The notes under the pieces: generated by a model | The model's database searches: none | Told to the model about the DNA's origin: nothing | What the model saw: the letters and a program-made list of their open reading frames with translations, nothing else | Translations under genes and position numbers: made by a program | Part shown: positions 12,470-21,074 of the stretch, one piece after another | How the letters are laid out: each line of letters begins with the position of its first letter | How positions within the stretch are numbered: position 1 is the first letter of the stretch | Origin: an uncultured Eubacteriales bacterium | Lineage (GTDB): Bacteria; Bacillota; Clostridia; Monoglobales; Monoglobaceae | NCBI GenBank assembly: GCA_948468535.1 | Contig: CAOKIL010000001.1 | Coordinates: forward strand, 23,422 to 87,421 | Direction of reading: 5' to 3' | DNA: 64,000 nucleotides

Positions 12470-12526
12470 CTATTTCAATCTGCTAATCTCATCTCATCAA
12501 TATCTAATCTCGTCTAATCTTACTGA
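12470..12526 (-). promoter_or_regulatory. Putative TRAP (MtrB) binding site in the trp leader
   Basis: Minus strand AAG-AT-TAG-AC-GAG-AT-TAG-AT-(A)TTG-AT-GAG-AT-GAG-AT-TAG: (G/U)AG triplets with 2-nt spacers starting at the predicted +1. Confidence 0.75.
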
Positions 12527-12532
12527 TAATAT

Positions 12533-12561
12533 ATTATATACGATACTCACAAATTTGTCAA
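12533..12561 (-). promoter_or_regulatory. SigA promoter of the trp operon
   Basis: TTGACA-17 nt-TATAAT perfect consensus on the minus strand. Confidence 0.85.
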
Positions 12562-12596
12562 GATAATTTTTGCGCTGACTTTTTATACTTTGTGTC

Positions 12597-12822
12597 AAAA
12601 ACTAAGTTTTTAAATTAAAAGCCTATCCCAATTCCTCTATATTACTATCCTCAGTTGTGAAGCAGGCGCAGGCTTTATTTTGCAAAAAAATAAAGTCGGA
12701 AAAGGGTCTAAAAACAAACCGAAACCGTGCGTTTCAGTTTGAGATGAGGAGTAAGGAAGCCAGCGAATGACTTATTTTTATAAAAAACAAGTCGAAGCAA
12801 AGCGAACTTTGCTCCGACAACG
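12597..12822. repeat. Modular palindromic repeat cluster abutting the tRNA-Tyr 3' end
   Basis: 12661-12700, 12711-12760 and 12791-12818 are near-identical to 14980-15018, 14933-14982 and 15013-15040. 12597-12633 recurs at 62795-62830. Confidence 0.85.
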
Positions 12823-12907
12823 TGGTGGAGGGAGATGGATTCGAACCATCGAAGCAAGATGCAACAGATTTACAGTCTGCCCCCTTTGGCCACTCGGGAA
12901 CCCCTCC
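12823..12907 (-). tRNA. tRNA-Tyr(GTA)
   Basis: GGAGGGGTTCCCGAGTGGCCAAAGGGGGCAGACTGTAAATCTG..GGTTCGAATCC..CCTCCACCA; long variable arm. Confidence 0.97.
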
Positions 12908-13061
12908 ATATTGTGTCTTGTAATCAACTGACGACTTGACTATAATATCACATTAGAATCAGCTTGTCAATACTTTTTTGCAAAAATTTTTAAAATTTTC
13001 TTGCAAATGTCTTTGTGCTATGATAATATTAATTTAACTATAAAATCGGAGGTAAATAATT

Positions 13062-13496
13062 ATGGAAATGAATATTAAAGAAATCATGGATATCATTCCT
13101 CACAGATATCCTTTTTTACTTATTGACAAGATTATTGAGTTTGAAGAAGGCAAACGTGCAGTAGGAATCAAAAATGTTACAATGAACGAGCCGTTCTTTC
13201 AGGGACACTTTCCGGGTCAGCCTATTATGCCGGGTGTTCTGATTTGTGAGGCTCTTGCACAGGTAGGCGCAGTTGTCATTCTGCAAAAATCGGAATTCAG
13301 GGATAAGATTGCTGTGTTTACAGGAATCAATAACTTTAAGTTTAAGCATCAGGTAGTACCGGGAGAAACATTAAGGCTTGAAGTTGAACTTACTAAATTC
13401 CGTTCCGTTATGGGAAAAGCTGATGTGTGCGCCTATGTAGGCGATGATGTTGCCGCAAAAGGTGAAATTTCGTTTGCACTTGTTGACAAAGCGTAG
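13062..13496 (+). CDS. fabZ: 3-hydroxyacyl-ACP dehydratase
   Basis: [35 protein letters not shown]. Confidence 0.95.
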   Translation: MEMNIKEIMDIIPHRYPFLLIDKIIEFEEGKRAVGIKNVTMNEPFFQGHFPGQPIMPGVLICEALAQVGAVVILQKSEFRDKIAVFTGINNFKFKHQVVPGETLRLEVELTKFRSVMGKADVCAYVGDDVAAKGEISFALVDKA

Positions 13497-13517
13497 AAAG
13501 TAAAAAGGGCGGCCTTT

Positions 13518-13562
13518 TGATATGCACCCCCAAAAGTCAAACACTTTTTGAGGTGCATATCA
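13518..13562. mobile_element. 45-bp MITE-like element resembling joined IS3/IS150-group ends
   Basis: TGATATGCACCCCCAAAAGT-CAAAC-ACTTTTTGAGGTGCATATCA; TG..CA termini; sits between the GGGCGG and CCGCACC arms of an apparent terminator. Confidence 0.55.
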
Positions 13563-13581
13563 TAACAACCGCACCTTAGAA

Positions 13582-13851
13582 TTATTGATTATTTATAAAT
13601 GTCTCAAATAAAAATTTTGCAGATAACTTCCAGCCGTATTCAAAACACTCTTCTAACTGTATAAGATAAAGTTTTGCCGTTGCCTCTATAAGATTTTCTA
13701 CTATTTTATACTCTTCTTCGTGCAACATCTCTTCTAACATATCTTCATATTTCGCAATGCTGTTCATAAGTTTTGACCATTCAGGCGTTTTATTGCAATA
13801 TTTTTGTTGCGGTACTAAATCTCCGTAGTAAAATTCTTCTAAAACACTCAT
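13582..13851 (-). CDS. DUF6809-like small acidic helical protein
   Basis: N-terminal LEEFYYGDL.P and C-terminal F.YGWKL pattern recalled for this family; AAGGG RBS. Confidence 0.65.
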   Translation of the reverse strand: MSVLEEFYYGDLVPQQKYCNKTPEWSKLMNSIAKYEDMLEEMLHEEEYKIVENLIEATAKLYLIQLEECFEYGWKLSAKFLFETFINNQ

Positions 13852-13866
13852 TATAATTTCCCCTTA

Positions 13867-14163
13867 TTAATCATTCGGTATTATCAAGTCTTTTGCAAGC
13901 AGTAATCCGCATTTTAATCCTATTTCCATATACATTTTTTCATATACGTCTGCAAAACGGAAAATACTATTCGTTATGTCTGTAATTAGTTCTTCATCTT
14001 TAAAATATTTACATATTATGTCATTGATCTCTTTATCTGCTTTTTCTATTTCTTCTTCACATGTACCGTTTAATTCATGTGAATCTTCTACACCGTTTAA
14101 TAATAATTCACAGATTTTTCGTAAATTTGCTCGTTCGTATATATCGGATATATTATAAAACAT
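13867..14163 (-). CDS. Hypothetical acidic protein, DUF6809-like paralog
   Basis: C-terminal YMEIGLKCGLLL resembles the neighbour's C-terminus; AGGAGG RBS. Confidence 0.55.
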   Translation of the reverse strand: MFYNISDIYERANLRKICELLLNGVEDSHELNGTCEEEIEKADKEINDIICKYFKDEELITDITNSIFRFADVYEKMYMEIGLKCGLLLAKDLIIPND

Positions 14164-14196
14164 TTCTATACCTCCTGCTTTTTGTTATTTTAATGT

Positions 14197-14306
14197 TTGA
14201 CAAGAGGAACCTTCCGTAGTATAATTAAATTTACGGACAGAGTTCGCTCTTGCCGTGAGTATTGGAGTTCCGTTTCGTCTTGCAGGATTAGCGGAACTCT
14301 TTTTTT
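14197..14306 (+). ncRNA. Promoter plus ~75-nt antisense sRNA with terminator, opposite the leader of the DUF6809-like genes
   Basis: TTGACA(14197)-17-TATAAT(14220); no ORF; ends in GAGTTCCG..CGGAACTC-T7 terminator. Confidence 0.65.
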
Positions 14307-14323
14307 GCTTTGAGATTTATCAT
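14288..14323 (-). CDS. Putative 11-aa leader peptide MINLKAKKEFR
   Basis: AAGGGGG RBS 8 nt before the ATG; overlaps the antisense RNA terminator. Confidence 0.35.
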   Translation of the reverse strand: MINLKAKKEFR

Positions 14324-14349
14324 AATTATTCCCCCTTAAAAAACCTCAT

Positions 14350-14545
14350 AAACTAAAAAATGCGTCAACCGAAGCTGACGCACAAAAACACAGCCTTGGT
14401 TTTAGGTTGCTATACCGTCATTCAAAATTTACCAATTAAGCATGACAAACCAAAGCCAACGTTTTTTACAAACGCAAACTTAATTGATAAATTTAATTTA
14501 ACAGTATAGCAAATATAATATAGCATACTTTTGTGTATTTGTAAA
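14350..14545 (-). ncRNA. Structured ncRNA unit A (own promoter and terminator)
   Basis: TTTACA-17-TATATT promoter, nested complementary arms, GTGCGTCAGC-TTCG-GTTGACGCAT-T5 terminator; tandem paralog at 14563-14757. Confidence 0.7.
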
Positions 14546-14562
14546 GGAAAAATTTTTCTTAC

Positions 14563-14757
14563 AAACTAAAAAATGCGTGGCAAAAGCCACGCACAAAAAC
14601 GCAGCTTTGGTTAAATGTTACCACACATTCCATAACTTTTAATCACCAAAAGTATGACAAATCAAAGCCTACGTTTTTTACATTCGTAAACTTATGGTGA
14701 TTAAATATTTAGAATATGTGGTGATTATAATATAACACACTTTTGTAAAATTGTAAA
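14563..14757 (-). ncRNA. Structured ncRNA unit B (own promoter and terminator)
   Basis: Same architecture and conserved blocks as unit A, with different but still pairing arm sequences. Confidence 0.7.
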
Positions 14758-14799
14758 TACCAAATTTAAAATAATGAAATTGCCATTGCAGAGTAGCTG

Positions 14800-15041
14800 A
14801 AAATAAATTAAAGCGCTTTTGCTTTAATTTGAGATGAGCAGCCGCGGCATAAAAAGGGTTTTATAGGGCTTCCGAAAAGTCCCAGCGAAGCGGACTTTTT
14901 GGGAAAAGGAGGAACGCGCGAAGTCGCGTTTTAAAACAAACCGAAACCGTGCGTTTCGGTTTGAGAGGAGGAGCAAGGTAGCAGACGCAGGCTTTATTTT
15001 TAAAAAAATAAAGTCGGAGCAAAGCGAACTTTGCTCCGACG
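14800..15041. repeat. Modular palindromic repeat cluster abutting the tmRNA 3' end
   Basis: At least five hairpin modules; shares modules with 12661-12818 and 18451-18556. Confidence 0.85.
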
Positions 15042-15389
15042 TGGTGGAGGTGAGGAGAATCGAACTCCTGTCCAAAGAAGCATCCCCGAAAGGCGCTACG
15101 AGCGTAGTCAATGGTTAAGTTTCCCTCATATAACAGTCCATTGACAAACTGTTATACTCGGTAGCTTCATAATTACATGATCGGGTCAAAGCTTTCCCGA
15201 TTCACGTTCACCGCAATTTTTGATGCCCTGACCTAAACGTGCGGTAGGCTTAGGAGGACAAGCTGCAATTAGGCAGCTAAAGCTACTCTATTATTGTTAG
15301 CGTTTAATTTTAAGTTAGGCTTTTAACGTGGTGCCTGCCACGGCTCGCTCCTTAAGTCTCTGCAACCCTGTCGAAACCATTACACCCCC
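15042..15389 (-). ncRNA. ssrA: tmRNA; tag (A)ANNNRVALAA
   Basis: 5' GGGGGTGTAATGGTTTCGAC; 3' GTTCGATTCTCCTCACCTCCACCA; tag reading frame GCT AAC AAT AAT AGA GTA GCT TTA GCT GCC TAA; next to smpB. Confidence 0.95.
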
Positions 15390-15612
15390 CTAATATTCTT
15401 TAATTATTATATTAAAAACATGTCCCCTTGTCAATATCTTATTATTTCCAAAATAATTCTAAATTTTTATCACCTGAAATATGTTATATTATGATTTATT
15501 TGTCCTGCATATATTAACTGTTACTTGACTTTAAGCCATTTCAAGAGTATAATATTTACGCTGATATGGTATAATTTTCTATAATAATTAAAACCGGACG
15601 AGAGGTGAGGAT

Positions 15613-16083
15613 ATGACGGAAAAGAAAGACAGCAACCGAACTGTTGCACAAAACAAAAAAGCGTTTCATGATTATTTTGTTGATGAAGAATTTGAAGCAG
15701 GTATAGAGCTTTTCGGCACTGAAGTCAAATCCATACGTGCAGGCAGAGTGAACTTAAAAGACAGCTATGTTTCGCTTAAAACAGGTGAAGCAATATTAAT
15801 CGGTATGCACGTCAGCCCGTACGAACAGGGCAACATCTTCAATCGTGAACCTCTGCGTTCACGCCGTCTGCTTTTGCACAGACGCGAAATCAACCGGCTT
15901 ATCGGACTGACCCAGCAGGAGGGATACACACTGATACCGCTCAGAGTCTACCTCAAAAAACAGCTTGTTAAAGTCTCAATCGGTCTTTGCCGAGGCAAGA
16001 AAAACTATGACAAGCGTCAGGATATTGCACGCCGCGACGCAAAACGCGACATGGAACGTGCATTAAAAAACCGTATAAGATAG
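15613..16083 (+). CDS. smpB: SsrA-binding protein
   Basis: [31 protein letters not shown]. Confidence 0.97.
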   Translation: MTEKKDSNRTVAQNKKAFHDYFVDEEFEAGIELFGTEVKSIRAGRVNLKDSYVSLKTGEAILIGMHVSPYEQGNIFNREPLRSRRLLLHRREINRLIGLTQQEGYTLIPLRVYLKKQLVKVSIGLCRGKKNYDKRQDIARRDAKRDMERALKNRIR

Positions 16084-16109
16084 AAAAAATTTTTTAGGAG
16101 TTGATATTT

Positions 16110-16547
16110 ATGACAATAAAGGAACTGCAAACTGCAATGATTGCCGCAATGAAAGCAAAAGAAAAGGCAAGAAAGGACACGATTTCAAGTCTCATAGCCG
16201 CAGTGAAGAAGAGTGCTATCGATGCAGGCTGCCGTGATGATATAACTGAAGAAATGGTGGACAGCGTTATACTTAAAGAACTCAAGACCGCAAAAGAACA
16301 GGTTGACACCTGCCCGGCTGACAGGACGGAGCTGCTTGAAGAGTATAACTCCAAAGTTGAAGTGATTAAAGAGTTTGCCCCCAAACAGATGGACGCTGAT
16401 GAGATTAAGGCAGTTATCAACGAGAAATTTGCCGATGTTATTGCCACAGGCAACAAAGGCATGATTATGAAGTCTGTTATGGGCGAACTTAAAGGCAAGG
16501 CAGACGGAAAACTTATAAATCAAATTGTATCCGAACTTTGCAAATAA
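16110..16547 (+). CDS. GatB/YqeY domain protein
   Basis: AMKAKE..R, PKQM, GMIMKSVMGELKGKADGK. Confidence 0.85.
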   Translation: MTIKELQTAMIAAMKAKEKARKDTISSLIAAVKKSAIDAGCRDDITEEMVDSVILKELKTAKEQVDTCPADRTELLEEYNSKVEVIKEFAPKQMDADEIKAVINEKFADVIATGNKGMIMKSVMGELKGKADGKLINQIVSELCK

Positions 16548-16565
16548 AATTAAGATAAAATACAA

Positions 16566-17402
16566 ATGATTACAAAAATATTTGACATGAGTGTGGATTA
16601 TAAAACACTCGGCTCAAATGAGCCAAATAAAACCGCGCGACTTACATCATACATACTTGAACCGTCACTTGTCAGCGGTACGGTTTGGAACAGACGTCCT
16701 GCGGTTATCGTATGTCCCGGCGGCGGCTATCGTTCACGTTCAAAGCGCGAGTCAGAGCCGATAGTTATGAAGTACTGCGCCGCAGGATTTCACTGCTTTT
16801 TGCTTGACTACTCCGTTGCACCAACAGGATTTCCGGCTCCTCTGTGTGAGCTTTCAAAGGCGGTTAAAACCGTAAGAGGGATTGCCGATAAATATTTGAT
16901 TGACACTGACAAAATCTTTGTATGCGGTTTTTCCGCAGGCGGTCATCTGGCGGCAAGCCTTGGGGTTTATTATAAAGACCCGATGACAAAAAACGGCAGC
17001 GGCGTTTTGAACGACGAAAACAGACCAAACGGTTTAATCTTATGCTATCCGGTAATCACAGGTGAGGATGGAAAGACGCATCAGGGCACAAAAGAAAATT
17101 TTTCTGAAGGACTAAAACCTGAGAAACTAAAATATTTTAGTTTAGAAGAACATGTAACACCTGATACACCAAAGTGTTTTATCTGGCATACATTTGAGGA
17201 CAATTCTGTACCGGTTTACAACTCAATGCGTTTTGCCGAAACGCTGCTTAAAAACGGTGTTGAATATGAACTGCACATATATCCGAAAGGAAAGCACGGA
17301 CTTGCGCTGGGCGAACGTCAGACAACTGCTGAAGCCAAACATTTTGTTCCGTATGTCTCAGACTGGATGGATAAATCAATAAAATGGATAAATAGCTTTT
17401 AA
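16566..17402 (+). CDS. Alpha/beta hydrolase (acetyl/feruloyl esterase-like)
   Basis: PGGGY, GFSAGG nucleophile elbow, D..VP, GKHGL. Confidence 0.85.
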   Translation: MITKIFDMSVDYKTLGSNEPNKTARLTSYILEPSLVSGTVWNRRPAVIVCPGGGYRSRSKRESEPIVMKYCAAGFHCFLLDYSVAPTGFPAPLCELSKAVKTVRGIADKYLIDTDKIFVCGFSAGGHLAASLGVYYKDPMTKNGSGVLNDENRPNGLILCYPVITGEDGKTHQGTKENFSEGLKPEKLKYFSLEEHVTPDTPKCFIWHTFEDNSVPVYNSMRFAETLLKNGVEYELHIYPKGKHGLALGERQTTAEAKHFVPYVSDWMDKSIKWINSF

Positions 17403-17441
17403 GATTATATAAGCCTCTTAAAATCAAGAGGCTTATATTGT

Positions 17442-17852
17442 TTATTTATTCAATTCTTTCATCTTTTTATTAATTTTCTTTGTTTCCCAGCACACTGTTA
17501 GCTGAACTACTATACTTGCAATTATATATACTATAATAAAGTACGGAAGAACATATTTAAACCATTCGTACCACTTCATAAACTCCATAATACCTGCAAC
17601 AAAGCATGCTACAAATGTGATTGCCACACAACCTATAAAGTGCAATATAATGCTTAGAGGCAGCGGGATATCAGAATCATAAATCAAAGATATCAGCCCA
17701 TAAAGTGCAGACGCAACAAGCCATGTTGTAAATTCACGCATAACATCCATTCCCGAAGCTTCATATAATCCAAATATCCACAAACTTGCAGTAGTTATTA
17801 CAAATCCTAAACCAAGACCTGTTATGATATGATTTATTATTTTTTCTCGCAT
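17442..17852 (-). CDS. DUF3021-like membrane protein (LytTR partner)
   Basis: Four TM segments, ILHF motif, KINKK C-terminus, directly after a LytTR gene. Confidence 0.7.
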   Translation of the reverse strand: MREKIINHIITGLGLGFVITTASLWIFGLYEASGMDVMREFTTWLVASALYGLISLIYDSDIPLPLSIILHFIGCVAITFVACFVAGIMEFMKWYEWFKYVLPYFIIVYIIASIVVQLTVCWETKKINKKMKELNK

Positions 17853-17853
17853 T

Positions 17854-18303
17854 TTAATTCTCCTCCATTATATATTTTCTAAAACTTTTAACATATTTTC
17901 TTGAAATAGTAAGACGTGTTTTGCTATCTTTTAAATTCAGTCGTAAGTTACCGCTGAATTCTGCTTCAACGGATGAAACGTAATTGATGTTGACTATAAC
18001 ACCTTTGTTTATTCGTATAAATCCTTTTGTCCTGCATATACTTTCAAGTTCATACAGTTTATACCGAACCTCATACATATCATCTGTGATATGCGCGTAT
18101 ATTTTGTTGTTATCAGCTTCAAAGTAGATCACATCACCAATATCAAATACATATTCTCTATCGTCTTTAAAGAAAAACATCTTTTGCGCGCTTTGTTTAC
18201 CGCTTAACAGTTCAACAATTCTCTGTACCTGAACGCTTCCTGTATTGCCCCGGACTATAATTTCAGGTTCGTTCAGCTCAGCCTGTTCAAGAATAACCTT
18301 CAT
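17854..18303 (-). CDS. LytTR-family transcriptional regulator
   Basis: IYFEA, KLYELE, FIRINKGVIVN, ISRKYV; start MKVILEQ after AAAGGAGG. Confidence 0.85.
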   Translation of the reverse strand: MKVILEQAELNEPEIIVRGNTGSVQVQRIVELLSGKQSAQKMFFFKDDREYVFDIGDVIYFEADNNKIYAHITDDMYEVRYKLYELESICRTKGFIRINKGVIVNINYVSSVEAEFSGNLRLNLKDSKTRLTISRKYVKSFRKYIMEEN

Positions 18304-18370
18304 ACCAGTCCCTCCTTTCAACTTGGTTTGTATTCTATCATATATGATCTGAAAAGTCATCGGATTTTAT

Positions 18371-18400
18371 ATAAGTGGTAAGAAAAAGACGGTAAGATGT
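18371..18400 (-). promoter_or_regulatory. Putative LytTR binding direct repeat
   Basis: ACATCTTAC-12 nt-ACCACTTAT on the minus strand, upstream of an extended -10 (TGATAGAAT). Confidence 0.4.
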
Positions 18401-18450
18401 AAAAATTTTATAATCACACAAAAAGTTTGATAAAAATAAAATATTTTTCA

Positions 18451-18557
18451 AAACAACTTAAAGCACTTTGTGCTTTAAGTTGAAAGGAGGAACGACAGAG
18501 CGTGTTACTTAATTTTGTGCAAACAAAAGTCGGAACGGAGCAAAGTCCGTTCCGACG
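18451..18557. repeat. Modular palindromic repeat abutting the tRNA-Pro 3' end
   Basis: 28-nt GTCGGAACGGA-GCAAAG-TCCGTTCCGAC hairpin plus AACTTAAAGCAC-TTT-GTGCTTTAAGTT-GAAAGGAGGAAC module. Confidence 0.8.
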
Positions 18558-18634
18558 TGGTCGGAGTGACTGGATTCGAACCAGCGGCCACCTGAACCCC
18601 ATTCAGGTACTCTACCAAACTGAGCCACACCCCG
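18558..18634 (-). tRNA. tRNA-Pro(GGG)
   Basis: CGGGGTGTGGCTCAGTTTGGTAGAG..CCTGA-ATGGGGT-TCAGG..GGTTCGAATCC..CCGACCA. Confidence 0.95.
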
Positions 18635-19081
18635 ATAACACTTATTGATTTTATAATAACTATTTAATTGTATCACAAAACAAAACAAAAATCAATACTT
18701 TTTAAAAACTTTTTCTTATATTCACATGATGTAATACTATATTATAAGGATGGTGATATAAAAAATGAGTTACGAGTGTAAATTAACGTAATGTTACAAA
18801 AAAATATTTAGACAGATTCTTTCGTATTTTAAATGAAATGATTAATGGCATGACTAACGTCAATCTAACAGACATCATATCCGGCAATTTTATTTTGCAA
18901 ATGATACCCCACCACAAGGGTGTAATAAAAATGTTACATAACGCGCTTCAGTATAAAATATGTCCCGGGCTGATGCCTATTTTACAGGCAATAATCTAGT
19001 CTCAGGTAATGAAAGTATATTAAACCCCTGTTTTTTTAACAGGGGTTTAATATACCTTTCATAATTTTAGGTTTTACCTCT

Positions 19082-19933
19082 TTAATTATGGATTTTATGT
19101 CCATTTAGATATTTTGCCGTTTCGGCGGTAAAGTGATTGATAATTTCGCTGTGTCCAATATCCAGCTTTTCTATTTCTGCCATATCATCAGCAGAAAGTT
19201 CAAAATCCCATATATCTATATTCTGTTCTATACGCTCTTTGTGAACAGATTTAGGAATAACAACAACTCTGCGCTGTATATTCCACCTAAGCACAACTTG
19301 AGCCGCACTCTTACCGTACTTTTCACCTATTTTTGTAAATACAGGATGTGTAAAAATTCCATACTGACCTTCCGCAAACGGTCCCCACGCTTCAATCTGC
19401 ACATCAAATTCTCTCATTGTCTTTATAGCATCATTCTGCTGGAAAAACGGGTGGCACTCAACCTGATTTACCATTGGCGTAATTTCAGCATTGATACAAA
19501 GATCTGCCAAACGCTCCGGATAGAAATTACAAACACCGATAGCGCATATTTTCCCTTGCTTGTAGAGTTCCTCCATAGCACGCCACGAACCATAATAATC
19601 ATTATATGGCTGATGAATAAGATACAAGTCAATATAATCCAAGCCCAGCTTGTTTAATGAAATTTCAAATGCCTTTTTCGCATTTTCATAGCCTGCATCT
19701 TGAATCCACAGCTTCGTAGTGATAAACAACTCCTCTCGCGGAATACCGCTTTTTTTAATCGCTTTACCTACGGCTTCCTCATTAAGATATGCCGCAGCGG
19801 TATCAATTAATCTGTAACCTGCTGCCAAAGCGTCAGATAGAGACTGTTCACACTGTGCGGCATCAAGAATTTGGAATACGCCAAATCCCTCAATCGGCAT
19901 TTTCACTCCATTGCTTAATGTTATAAATTCCAT
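19082..19933 (-). CDS. Aldo/keto reductase (2,5-DKG reductase-like)
   Basis: GYRLIDTAAAY, ITTKLW, DLYLIHQP, IPKS. Confidence 0.92.
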   Translation of the reverse strand: MEFITLSNGVKMPIEGFGVFQILDAAQCEQSLSDALAAGYRLIDTAAAYLNEEAVGKAIKKSGIPREELFITTKLWIQDAGYENAKKAFEISLNKLGLDYIDLYLIHQPYNDYYGSWRAMEELYKQGKICAIGVCNFYPERLADLCINAEITPMVNQVECHPFFQQNDAIKTMREFDVQIEAWGPFAEGQYGIFTHPVFTKIGEKYGKSAAQVVLRWNIQRRVVVIPKSVHKERIEQNIDIWDFELSADDMAEIEKLDIGHSEIINHFTAETAKYLNGHKIHN

Positions 19934-20093
19934 AATGAAATCCTCCTTAACAGTTAATTTATTTGCCTTTATTATATATGATTAATCATAAAAAGTACAA
20001 TGCCAATTTTGTATTACAGTATAATTTAAACGCATACTGAATTGACTTGGTTATAAAGCTATGATATACTATTATCAACAAGGAGTGTGAAAA

Positions 20094-20951
20094 ATGCTTG
20101 AATTAAATCAGCTTAAACAGCTTTTAACCTTTGCGAAATGCGAAACACTTTCAAAAGCGGCAGAAGAATTATTATTATCACAGCCGGCTCTGAGCCGTTC
20201 TATGCAAAAGCTCGAAAATGATTTGAATGTTATTCTTTTTGAACGGAGAAAAAACAAAATAACGTTAAACGATAACGGCAAACTTGCCGTAGAGTGTGCC
20301 GAAAAAATAATGTATGATGTGCAAAATATGATTGACAGAATAAGAGCATATGACAGAAGCAAACATACTATTAGTATAGGCTCTTGTGCGCCTGCGCCAC
20401 TGTGGAAAATAACTCCGCTTCTGTCGGAGCTTTATCCTGAATTTACACTATCAGCTAATTTGAATGACCACGAGCAAATTATAAACGGATTTGAGAACGG
20501 AACATACAGCGTAATAATCACAGCAAAGCCGATAGAAGGTGAAAATGTAATATGTCATAAATTTTGTGAAGAACATCTTATGCTGTCTCTGCCGCCCGCT
20601 CATCCGTTAGCTATGTATGACAAGGTAGATTTTAAGACTTTGGACGGCGAAACAATGCTGCTGTTTTCAGAAATTGGCTTTTGGTATAACCTATGTATGG
20701 AAGAATTGCCAAACACACGCTTTATATTACAGCATACAAAAAATGATTTTGACACTCTCGTACAATCAGCCGCATTACCTTCTTTTACATCGGATTTAGA
20801 TGATAATAATCAGCAAACAAACAGAGTTATTGTTCCTATAAAAGATACAAAAGCAAATCCGACATTTTATTGCGTTATCAACAAATGTAATAGAGAAAAA
20901 TATAAAGAGTTTTTAGACTTGTTGAAGAATTTTTATATATATACTATATGA
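20094..20951 (+). CDS. LysR-family regulator
   Basis: LSKAAEELLLSQPALSRSMQKLE HTH; divergent from the AKR gene. Confidence 0.9.
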   Translation: MLELNQLKQLLTFAKCETLSKAAEELLLSQPALSRSMQKLENDLNVILFERRKNKITLNDNGKLAVECAEKIMYDVQNMIDRIRAYDRSKHTISIGSCAPAPLWKITPLLSELYPEFTLSANLNDHEQIINGFENGTYSVIITAKPIEGENVICHKFCEEHLMLSLPPAHPLAMYDKVDFKTLDGETMLLFSEIGFWYNLCMEELPNTRFILQHTKNDFDTLVQSAALPSFTSDLDDNNQQTNRVIVPIKDTKANPTFYCVINKCNREKYKEFLDLLKNFYIYTI

Positions 20952-21074
20952 AATCAAAATTAAAAATATAATATTTAATTCAAATAGCGTATTGTTCAAA
21001 GAAAACAATACGCTATTTAAAACAACTATGCCTGTATGATTTCTTAAAAAATTACTGCATAATAATTGCTGATT

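Noticed and set aside
12597-15041. CRISPR array interpretation of the recurring repeats
   Set aside because: No constant repeat with regular unique spacers, and no cas genes in the window.
14824-15111. 95-aa ORF
   Set aside because: Overlaps tmRNA and the repeat cluster.
18765-18920. Gene remnant starting MSYECKLT after an RBS
   Set aside because: Too degraded to assign a family.
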